Positions 12,477-22,107 of a DNA stretch of 64,000 nt are shown in pieces. Numbering within the stretch: position 1 is the first letter of the stretch; the number at the start of each line of letters is the position of its first letter. The translations under genes were made by a program, and so were the position numbers. The stretch is from NCBI GenBank assembly GCA_026023565.1, contig JAPETS010000011.1, positions 682,001 through 746,000 on the forward strand, in the 5' to 3' direction. The notes below the pieces were generated by a model that was not told the origin of the DNA, did no database searches, and saw only the letters and a list, made by a program, of their open reading frames with translations. Source of the DNA: Cirrosporium novae-zelandiae. Taxonomy: Eukaryota.

Positions 12477-13109
12477 CTTTTCTATTTTCAGATGGTCTCT
12501 ATTTCAATGACCTGAGGGACATCCATGGGTCCTACTAGCATAAAATGTTAGATTACGATTTCTTATAGATAGCTAGCTCCTTTGCGCTCTAACACTTCCA
12601 CTTTACGCCTAGCCACATCATAAGTAGTTGGAATACGTTGTTTTTCTAGAAAGAAAAAGACTTCTTACGATCTCACAAGTGCTTTATAACCCATATTGAT
12701 GTGTGATATTATTGAACCGGCCTTTCTAGGCAGGATAACTAATAAACTTGGTAATTACTTGGTTTCCCGGTCCGATCTCGGGTCACACACTCCGGGGTGT
12801 CTAGAGATCGGCTTAGACCCTTGAAACTAAATCAAGATGATACCCCAGCAGCCCACTTCCGCTCTTTATTATTATATTTCAAGGGCTCTTTTCGTTCCCT
12901 ACACAGTCAACGAGTCTTTGGTTTTTCTGTTTTGGTAATAATTATTATTATGTGCTATGCGAACAAATGACAGTGATTTATAGAGAGCCCCCCCCTCTTA
13001 TTTAATGTCTCCCAACTTTGTTGCACTCCAACTTGAAAATTTAGAGTGAGAAGGTGATTTTTTTATTATTTACACAACATTCTAGTTCCTTCTCTATAAC
13101 AATGATATC

Positions 13110-14485
13110 ATGAGTTCCTTTGGTAATAGCATTGCTGAAGTTGCTTTACGGAGATTCTCTGCTCTCCCAGCAAAGCTCAAGCCCCGGCAGAGGAATAATG
13201 GCACATTCGAATGGGTGCCCATGAGTGCAATTGTTCTCTCTCAAGGCTCCCATTCTTCTTCCACTACGCTTCAGGCCAATCACCCTCCACTTGATACGTC
13301 TCCCAAGTCCCTGGAGCAAAATAATGGTAGTCTTACCTGCGTCTCCATTGCGTGAGGAACCACTCCCATGTTTTTTCCCTTCAGGGATCAGATATTTATT
13401 AGCTCTCCAGAACCGGTTGCAAATCCCTTCCGCACTCCAAGATTCCTCTTGCCCATGGAATCGTCCTGCATGACTCTCATGCTGAGGTGTTGGTTCTACG
13501 GGCATTTAATCATTTTCTGCTTTCCGAATGTCACTCCCTCCTCACGTCTCCTTGCACGGGTCACTCTTCAACCTCGATCCTTCGTCGCCGGTCCCAGGAT
13601 GAAATATCAAACCACCCCGAAACACGCCAACCATTCACAATCCGTGAAGATATACGAATCCACATGTACTGTTCCGAAGCTCCATGCGGGGATGCAAGCA
13701 TGGAACTTGTTATGGCAGCACAAGAAGACGCCACCCCCTGGCCAGTCCCTCAATCCCCCACCAGCCTACCAGGTCGCGCAAACTTCTCTTCTATAGGGGT
13801 CGTGCGTCGCAAGCCCGCCCGTCCAGATGCACCTATCTCACTCTCGAAATCATGTACCGATAAGCTAAGCCTCAAAGAATGCATCTCAATACTCTCTTCT
13901 CCGACTGCCCTTTTCATATCCCCTGAAAACGCTTACATTTCCACGCTCACGGTGCCCACCTCCCAGTCTAACCCCACTGGGTTTTCTCGCGCTTTCGGAG
14001 ACAAGGGACGCATGGCCCAGGTTTCTGGTCACTCCTGGAAAGGCGGCTACGCGTTCCGACCCTTTATAATCCTCGACACGGATCACGAATTCGAATTTTC
14101 ACGTCGAAATGCAGACGGTAACGAAACCAAATTAACTCCCAGCAATATCAGTGCCATCTCCACACCGAGCATTTCCGAATCCCTTATCAACGGTACGCGT
14201 CAAGGACGTAAGCAATTCGATCCACGAGGTGCTTCTGCGACCTCAAAGGCTCAGTTGTGGAGGCTTTGCATGCAAGTGTTGGATATGCTGTTGTCTAGTG
14301 ACAATGATATTGTTGTGTCGGACTGGAAGAGTGAGCTGGAGAAAGCAAGGAAATCAACTTATGCAGAATTCAAGGATTGTGGGGTGTTCGCCAATAGGGA
14401 GAAGGTAAAAGAATGTGTGAGAGATGAGGCTTTGAAAGGATGGGTGAAGAATGGAGGAGATGAATTCGGATTTACTGAAAACTGA
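13110..14485 (+). CDS. TAD1: tRNA-specific adenosine deaminase 1 (ADAT1/Tad1)
   Basis: After the intron at ~13352-13410: TGCKSLP...LHDSHAEVLVLRAFN, MYCSEAPCGDASM, VRRKPARPDA...SKSCTDKL. Confidence 0.93.
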
Positions 14486-14906
14486 TGATAGGTTTGGTCT
14501 TACAGCCAGGCATTCCCACTAATATAGGAATTATATTTTAGTTGTCGCCTCTAGAATAAATACTTTCAAAAGTATTGTGGTGTGTATATAAGCAGGTACC
14601 CGTCAGGTGTGGAAAGGGATCTAGATGAAAACAAAGTTTCGGCGGTAAAGCAAAGCTTGTGACGTCTTAAGCCGCAGAAGACCAAATCAGAAGATGAAGT
14701 TTCGCAAGCTATTTTAATTCCAAGTACACCTACTTCTCCACCCACTTCTTCATCTCTCCACTGTCATTTATCTTTCCGACCAGTAAGACAGTGATTCTCC
14801 TAATTACAAGCCTAACAGTGGCAGTTATCGTCTTCACCAACTGCAAAGCTCCATCTACTTGCTTCAGTCTTAGAATCTACTCTTTCCTTGTTCCACAGCC
14901 ATCGCC

Positions 14907-16079
14907 ATGCCTCCGCCCACTCCCATAACCATTACGATTCCCGATGTTTCGACAGCCACCGATCCCAAACCACACACACTCTACAACATCAAGTTGGTCC
15001 TCCCTCTCCGAACCCTCACCCTCCCAAAACGCTACTCCGACTTCGTCGCCCTCAACACCGAAATTACCTCGCAAGCCTCCACCGCCCCTCCAGAACCCCT
15101 CCCTCCGAAAACCTGGTTTGGCTCCTCCTCTACAGTCTCCAACCCATCTCTCGCAGAAGACCGTCGGCAGAAACTCGAAACATATGTCCAATCTATCCAA
15201 AATGCAGACGACAGCCGATGGCGTGACACCTCGGCATGGCGCACATTCCTAAACCTCCCCGCCGGAAGCTCAATCGGTCCTTCATCAAGCGCAAATTCTT
15301 CAACCTCTACACTCCCAAACACAAATACAAACACCTCTATCCTCTCCACCGAACCAGTCACAGACCCTAACCTCTGGCTCACGGTCCACCGAACCCTAAA
15401 ATCATATCTCCACTCTGCGCGCCTCTCCCTCGCCGCGCGCGACCAAGCCACCTCCATTCAAGGAACCCGCGAAGCCTCGGCCGCTGCAAAAGCCTCTCTC
15501 GTACGCGCAGCAGCCGTTCACAGAAGCCTGGACGAAGGCCTCCAAACTATGGCAGGACCCCGTGGCAATGGCAACGGCAACAGCAGCAGCGGAATCCTCC
15601 CAGGAGAAATGCGAAGAAGAAAAGACATGCTAGCAAGCGCCCGCCGCGAACGCGACGGCCTCGAAAGCCTCCTCATCCTCACATCCTCAAACCCCAACAA
15701 CAAATTCCCCGAAGGTGAAAACGGCTCCTCCCCAGCCTCAGGCCTCCCCACCAACAAAGACAAAGAAAAACTAATTGGCCGCGGACCCCACCCCCAGAGT
15801 GGACGACGACCCGCCGCCCGCGTGCTCGGAAAAGAAACCGAACAAACCCGCGAACTAGATAATGAAGGGTTGCTACAGCTGCAGCAGCAGGTTTGGAGTC
15901 AGCAGGACGTGGATATCGAGGCGTTGAGGAAGAATGTGTCCACCATGAAGCAGCTGGGTGTTGCGATTGGGGATGAGATGGAGGTGCAGAATGAAATGTT
16001 GGGGTTGTTGGGGGAGGATGTGGAAAGGGTGGATGGGAAGATGAGGGTTGCTAGGAGGAGGATTAAGAAGATTTCGTGA
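14907..16079 (+). CDS. VAM7: Vacuolar SNARE with N-terminal PX domain and C-terminal Qc-SNARE
   Basis: PX motif KPHTLYNI...KRYSDFVAL...PLPPKTWF...RRQKLETY; SNARE helix ETEQTRELDNEGLLQLQ...QDVDIEAL...EMEVQNEML. Confidence 0.93.
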   Translation: MPPPTPITITIPDVSTATDPKPHTLYNIKLVLPLRTLTLPKRYSDFVALNTEITSQASTAPPEPLPPKTWFGSSSTVSNPSLAEDRRQKLETYVQSIQNADDSRWRDTSAWRTFLNLPAGSSIGPSSSANSSTSTLPNTNTNTSILSTEPVTDPNLWLTVHRTLKSYLHSARLSLAARDQATSIQGTREASAAAKASLVRAAAVHRSLDEGLQTMAGPRGNGNGNSSSGILPGEMRRRKDMLASARRERDGLESLLILTSSNPNNKFPEGENGSSPASGLPTNKDKEKLIGRGPHPQSGRRPAARVLGKETEQTRELDNEGLLQLQQQVWSQQDVDIEALRKNVSTMKQLGVAIGDEMEVQNEMLGLLGEDVERVDGKMRVARRRIKKIS

Positions 16080-16469
16080 GGGTATGGTGGGGGGCAAGGT
16101 TGGGGGGTTATGGTTGGGGAGGAGGCGGGAGGGGAGGGAAGTGAAATGTATACTACTAAGAAAGAAAGAGAGAGAGCGAGAGAAAGGGGGGGAGGAAGAG
16201 AGTGAGTGAGAGCGCATTATATGGTATATTGGCAGCGCATTCATCATATGGTCGGAGTTCGACGTTAATGGTAATTTTTTCCCTTTTTTTTTTTTTAGGG
16301 CCTTTCTTTCTTTCTTATACATTCCATGCGTTATGCATTAAGTTAGGAGTGTATGTTGTTATCATGATATTAGATATATACCACATGCACATTATATGGG
16401 AGTTTTTAATTTTCATTTCTCATTCGGATGGGTTAATGGGGTTAATGGGTTGGGTTGGTTGGGTTCGTC

Positions 16470-17400
16470 ATCCCATCCATCCATCTATCTCTCTTCCTCA
16501 ACTTTCAACTTCCAACTTTTATTTTTAAGAGATTGGGATATAGAGATATGAGGATATGGGGTCTGTTTAATATCAATTATTTCTATCCTCGAGATCCAAC
16601 AAACTTATAAACTAGTAACCTATAACTTAGTAATTTATAAAAACCCAAATATGGAATCCCCTCCAAACCCATCCAGAATATGATTTCCTCCCTTTTTCTT
16701 TTTCTTTTTTTTCTTTCTTTTCTCTTTATTTAAATTTAAAAAGTGAAAAGGGAAAGAGAAGGGGAAGGGGAAAGGATAAGATCGTAGATGAATGGATGGA
16801 TCGTGGATGGATAATATGATATCTTTTTTTTTTTTTAGCTTTACTTTCAGCTTTTAAAAGATTGGGATATGGGGGTATAGGATATTATTTTTGTTTCTAT
16901 TTTTGACAGTTATAGAGAAGAAGGCAATAATCCACAGGATAGATCCAACAACCCACGAGATTTAGCAGCCTATAAACCAGCAACCCATAAACTAACAACC
17001 CATAAACTAACACCTCATAAACCAACAATCAAAATCCTCCAAACCCACAACCCCCCAAAAAACCCACTCAACCTACAAATCCCCTCTACCTCCACCTCTC
17101 ACAAAGGAACTCAGTAACCCCCCCCCCCCAAAGAACCATCCATACCCATCCATACCATACCATATCATCCAATCCATCCATCCATACCACCCATCCTTCC
17201 CTTCCTTCCCCCCTTCTTTTGTTTCCTCTTTCTTCTTCTTTTCCTGCCTTTCCCCTTTATTTAAAAAGGGAAAAGGGGAAAGAATAGATGGGAAGAAGAG
17301 AAGGAGGAGGAGGGCAAGGAAGATAGAAGGAGGATAAATATAATAGAAATGTTGATGGGATGGGATGGGACGAGAATGGATAAGAGGGGAAAGGGATAGG
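16470..17400. repeat. Degenerate tandem duplication and low-complexity block, with 15-bp subrepeats and a long pyrimidine/purine fold-back
   Basis: TTTTAAGAGATTGGGATA (16522) vs TTTTAAAAGATTGGGATA (16852); AGATCCAACAA (16592, 16941); CCTCCAAACCCA (16660, 17036); CTTTATTTAAA (16724, 17255); AACCCATAAACTAAC in 2-3 copies at 16982-17025. Confidence 0.7.
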
Positions 17401-19160
17401 GATATCTCTAGGTCCTAACTAAGCCTCTTGGCTAGAGCTAGAGCTGACCGAAGAAGAAGAAGATAGATTCGCAAAGTTGTTGCTGAGAAGATCGTTTTAT
17501 TCAACCGACCGACCAACTAACTTATCTATTTTCCTTTTCCTTTCAATTTTTTTTAGTTTCATCATTGTTCATTTGTGAAGAAGGGACAATATTATTCATA
17601 AGCACCTAGGGTTTCACGAAGAGACTTTTTTTAAATCCATGGTTTAGATACTTGTATTCCCCCCCGCTGAGTATGAGAGGGGTTAAAATCCCCCTCTCGT
17701 TTCTCGTTTTGCTTTTTGTGATTCGGACATGTTCCTTGGTAGGAAGACCACTGGGATAGGATGGGATTGGATGGGGATAAAGGCTGGGTGAGATATTCAG
17801 ACGAGCATCCTGATCTCATGGAGCCTTTTCCCCTCATTCCTTTCCTTTCCTTTTCCTGTTGGGAATTAGAGAGGTTTGGCCCTGCTCCTTTCCCTCCCCT
17901 TTGAGACAAACACACACACACTAGGTTGGCAAAAAGCTAGATGGGGATCTTCGAATCTGGGGTTTTTGGCCGGTTTTTGAAGTTCTGGACTTCTTCGTTT
18001 CCGGTTACTTGCCAGAGTTGAGGACCCTCATGAAGTTCTTTTATTTCCCTGTGGGTTGTTGTTTTTGTTGTTAGAGAGGTTTGACCCTGCTCCTGATTCC
18101 ATGTTACAGTTGATATTGAAAGCCTTTGCATGAGCGAAGTTAAAATCGGAAAGATTTCAACTGAGTTCAATAACTTGGGCTTTGTGAGAGTTTAAAAAAA
18201 ACTCGGGGACATGTTTTTCTTATCTGTTTTTTTAGGCAGATAATGAATTGAATGGATAGATAGAGTGGTTTTGGTCCTAGTTAGTGGATGTGTTGACATC
18301 GGAGGACCAAAACGGCACTTTCTCGTAGTGATGGGTATTTTGTCAGATGGTAGGTCTCACCCTGCTTCTGTACCTTAGGTACCTTTTGATACCAGTTTAG
18401 AGCCCCCAGATCCCTCATAGTCCCACTACATGTCCCATGACAACATGATGGAGCGGTTTGACCCAACTCCGTCATCCTGCTCCCGGAGGAACTCGGATGG
18501 ATTAAGCAACGACAAGTTTTGGCTATTTTAGAATAGTTTACACAAGATCATTTCATGGCGGTCACAAACGGTCGCATATGCCCACATCCCTCAGCCTCAT
18601 TAGATCAAAGAATCAATAGAGTATAGTAGAGTATAGGTAAAAAGGTCCTAACAGCTTTATGTATATAAAGGCTGCAACTCTAGCCAAAATTGCGCCAATC
18701 TTTTGAGATATAGGCATTATCATGAGGGCTATTTCTGAAAATATGATCAAGAATGGGGGTGAAAATATGGTAAAAAGATGATAAACGATAGTAGGGGGGG
18801 GGAGGGAAAGTTGTAGAGGAGGAGGAGAGCGAAGGGCAAGGAGAAAGTGTGAGATATTAGCGAAGGAGTTCTTTTGTGTCGAGGTTAGAAAGATCTCTTG
18901 AGAGGAAAATGAAGAGAAGTTGAAGGTGAAGATGAAGCTGAAAGAAAGTGGTTGTGTGCAGCCTTAAATACCTATGAATCGATTCTAGTCCTCGGACCGT
19001 GGCTTTCAGAAGTCAACCATAGAACATAATAAGTTAAAACGGAGCGCACTCAAGAACTTTATGATGAAAGTCCTGGGGGCTCAGATGTGGGAATGTCTTA
19101 AAATATCCATATAATAGAATGATAATTGTAGTACAGGGTTTGAGAGTGTAAATTTTTGGA
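17400..19160 (+). ncRNA. TER1: Candidate telomerase RNA (long, highly structured non-coding RNA; ends and strand provisional)
   Basis: No credible CDS. Many helices: 17674-17700; ~17755-17860; GTTTTGGTCCT/AGGACCAAAAC 18268-18313; 18446-18475; 18661-18686 with 18949-18971; 17529-17563 with 18902-18938; CTGAAAG/CTTTCAG 18938/19003. Most wobbles read as G-U on +. ATAAGT at 19029 and Sm-like AATTTTTGG at 19151. Position between VAM7 and NNT1, next to TAD1, matches my recollection of Aspergillus TER synteny (not verified). No canonical template found. Confidence 0.6.
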
Positions 19161-19473
19161 ATGTTGGCTGATGAAGCCAATAACATAAAAGAATATGAAC
19201 TCAAATTAGGTGTAGTTTTTTGAAGGGGTCAAAACACCTTGTTCGAACAATGCCAAAATTACTTCTTAATGTTCAATGAAGAAAGTGAAATTATGTAGTT
19301 CCATAGGCAGTCTTCTCTAGTACTCAAGTTGACCCGAGACATTATTCTAATGGCCTTCAAAGGTATATTTTTCGGTGTTTTGCCATTTCCCACCAATGAA
19401 GCAAACAAGACAAAGACCCCTCATCAGCCACGGCAGAAAAAAAAAGTTGCCCCTCATTAGATCCATTACCTAA

Positions 19474-20370
19474 ATGCTCCTCACCGACCGGATTGAGCTC
19501 TCACAATCGAGCGACCCTGAGGTAGAAGATATATTCTCCTCCTCCATAGGCCTGATATTTACAGATGATCTCCGGAATCAACATGGCGATCCTGGATCTA
19601 GTGTCGTTTACAAATCCCCACGCTTCGGTAGGATGGAACTGGAGCTAGTTGATCCTGCTGGCGAGGATAATAGAAAATTGTTCAGTCATTATCTATGGAA
19701 TGCTAGTTTGCAGATTGCAGAGTTTGTTGCTGGAGAAGAAGAACCCGAGGCTGGAGGAGCTTATGATGTGAAAGCTCAGAGCGTCCTTGAACTGGGAGCT
19801 GGTAAGAAACCCCAATATTTATATTTAGATATATTCTGACCATAGTGGTTAGGTACTGGTCTTGCAGGAATAGTCTGCGCTTTAGCAGATGCCTCTGAAG
19901 TAGCCATCTCTGATTACCCCGCCCCCGAAATCCTTTCCAATATCCGTAAAAACATTTCCAAGAACATACCTACCACCTTACAGGCCCACGTCAGTGTGCC
20001 AGGCCACGAATGGGGAGTCTTCAGCGATGATTTCTCCAAGGCTCACAAACATCATTACACCCGTGTCCTGGCTGCAGATTGTCTCTGGATGCCATGGCAA
20101 CATCGCAACCTTACGCTTTCCATCCTACATTTTCTTTCTCTCGACCCATGTGCAAGGGTGATTGTAATTGCTGGATTTCACTCGGGACGGGCTAAGATGG
20201 CTCCATTTTTTGATATCATCGTAGAGGAAGGATTAGAGATTGAATCTATATACGAAAGGAATGCAAACGGAGAGAGACGGCCATGGGCAAAGGTTAGGGA
20301 TGGTGGAAGAGAAGATCATGCAGAGAGGAAGAAATGGCTGACTATTGCGATTCTGCGACGGCGGAGGTAG
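19474..20370 (+). CDS. NNT1: Protein N-terminal/lysine methyltransferase Nnt1/Efm7 (METTL21/family 16)
   Basis: LFSHYLWNAS, VLELGAG|TGLAGI across intron 19802-19852, ISDYPAPEIL, GHEWG, LAADCLWM, AGFHSGR. Confidence 0.92.
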
Positions 20371-20764
20371 GACTAGGCGATAAAGCAGCACCATCTAATA
20401 GCTTTGAGGTATTTCGCGTCATTCTAGATCCGTAGGCCTTGTACTGTACTGTATCTGCATTAGAGGTGATGGCTAGACTTTTTGTAGTTCGTCTCGATTT
20501 TTCGGGATCTAGCCATATTCACCTTCACGACATGGTCTTAATTTCACGTACTACTTTCAAGACTTCTCATCGACTGTTCTCAAGTTCGACCAGACCAAGG
20601 ACTTGGCTAAGGATACATTGCAGCGGAGATTGCTGAGGTCAAGGCTTTGTGAGCCAACTATAAGTCAGAGGTTGGTCACACGCCAACGAGGTTACGAGAT
20701 GGATACTCTAAATGAACATAACAATCTCTTCTTCAAGCTCTCACATAAAGCGAAAGCATCAATG

Positions 20765-20915
20765 AAAAGTATCCCCTAAAGGAAGGCCATCAAAAATTGC
20801 GAGTCCGAGGAGCCCGAAGACTACTCGAAGGACATCACCTCCGCGCTGTGCAATGCAGGGTTTTATCTTTGAAGAACCGCCGTGTTGATCGCGGTTTTCG
20901 ACTCAAGGTAAGTAT
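20765..20915 (-). ncRNA. U1: U1 spliceosomal snRNA
   Basis: Minus strand begins ATACTTACCT at 20915. Helix H UGAGUC/GACUCG; SL1 AACCGC-GAUCAACACG-GCGGUU; SL2 loop AUUGCAC; SL3 with UUCG loop; Sm site AAUUUUUG at 20798-20791; short terminal stem. 3' end approximate. Confidence 0.96.
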
Positions 20916-20961
20916 GAAGAAGAAAAGAAAAAAGAGAAGGAAAGACGAGGAATGAGAGAGG

Positions 20962-20970
20962 TATTTATAG
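20962..20970 (-). promoter_or_regulatory. TATA box of the U1 snRNA gene
   Basis: CTATAAATA on the minus strand about 50 nt upstream of the U1 5' end, followed by a pyrimidine tract. Confidence 0.7.
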
Positions 20971-22107
20971 GCGAAAGAGGAAAGGGAGCTAGCAAGAGCA
21001 CGTGCAAGGATGGTCTGTGTGAATTTGCAATGTTTGTTATGTTTGTTTCATACGGGATGGCGGTGGTAAATATTTTAACGCCGAATGTCCGACCAGTTAA
21101 CTTATCCCCCATTCAACCATAATCTACATCGTACGAGTACGATATGGCTCTTATGACTTGAAGTCTAGAATCTAGAATCTACACCGTAAGGGCAAGTGGT
21201 TAAAGCAATCGAAGAGTACTCGAAGATTGCAACTCGTTTATTTTCTCGTGTTCCGTGGATATGGGCCCTAGAAATTAGGGCCCCTTAAAGCCTTACTCAT
21301 AGATGGGACTAGACGTAAACTGCCGTTGCTACACCTTTACATTGAATTCAAGCTTACAGTCCACCGGTGCTAAACATGTTCGAGAAGTGTGCAGTGATCG
21401 TAATGAGAACTCGCTGAAGTCCGTCGTTCCTGAATGCTGAATGTGGAAAAGGTCTAATTGGGTGAGCAACTTGTTCGTGTTTAAAATGATTTCATGATTT
21501 TTATGAAACAACCGGATCTTGGCAACCCACAAGGCCAAGATTGTCTGCTACTTTCTACTACTCCTGTTAAGTAAGGTCGACAAGAGAAATAAAGAAATAG
21601 ATGAGACCGGTGGCCTATTTCTTCACAAATATATTATGCTGTGATTTCCCTAGAGTAATGCCACCCTTTTTAGTCTACTTTATGGCAGAATAGACTTTTA
21701 TGCTGACAATTCAGCACAACTTACCTCAAACGTCCCTCATCTCAATCCACTTGGACGACTCCACGGTCAACAACGCTTTCAGCCCTTTTGGTGACTGCCT
21801 GCCGTACAAACATGGCCAAACCATTCGCTGTAATGAAACAGAACATCGTTTCCGGGATCTGATCCCGGCGACAATCATATCCATCGAATCTCCCCCGCCT
21901 CAGATTTCTGTGGCATGATATCCCGTTTCCTCCGCCCTTTGCATTTAAATGATTTAATGTTTTCTTCTTTCTAGAGCCATCACACATTTATTTGCCTTTG
22001 TGCATTGTATCTTATTGTTTCATTCTTGTTGATTGTACTGGCAGCTGGTCTACCAGCCTTTCACTCCCTTCGATTGCGAGATCAATCGTACCTTCTTTAC
22101 AGCAATC

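Noticed and set aside
17631..18475. Short minus-strand ORFs in the VAM7-NNT1 gap
   Set aside because: No recognisable domains or consistent exon structure; better explained as non-coding sequence.
19385..19396. GGTGGGAAAT on minus resembling fungal RNase P CR-I
   Set aside because: No complementary CR-V/P4 partner and the wrong structural context.
21263..21283. GGGCCCTA-GAAAT-TAGGGCCC inverted repeat
   Set aside because: A single short palindrome with no supporting context.
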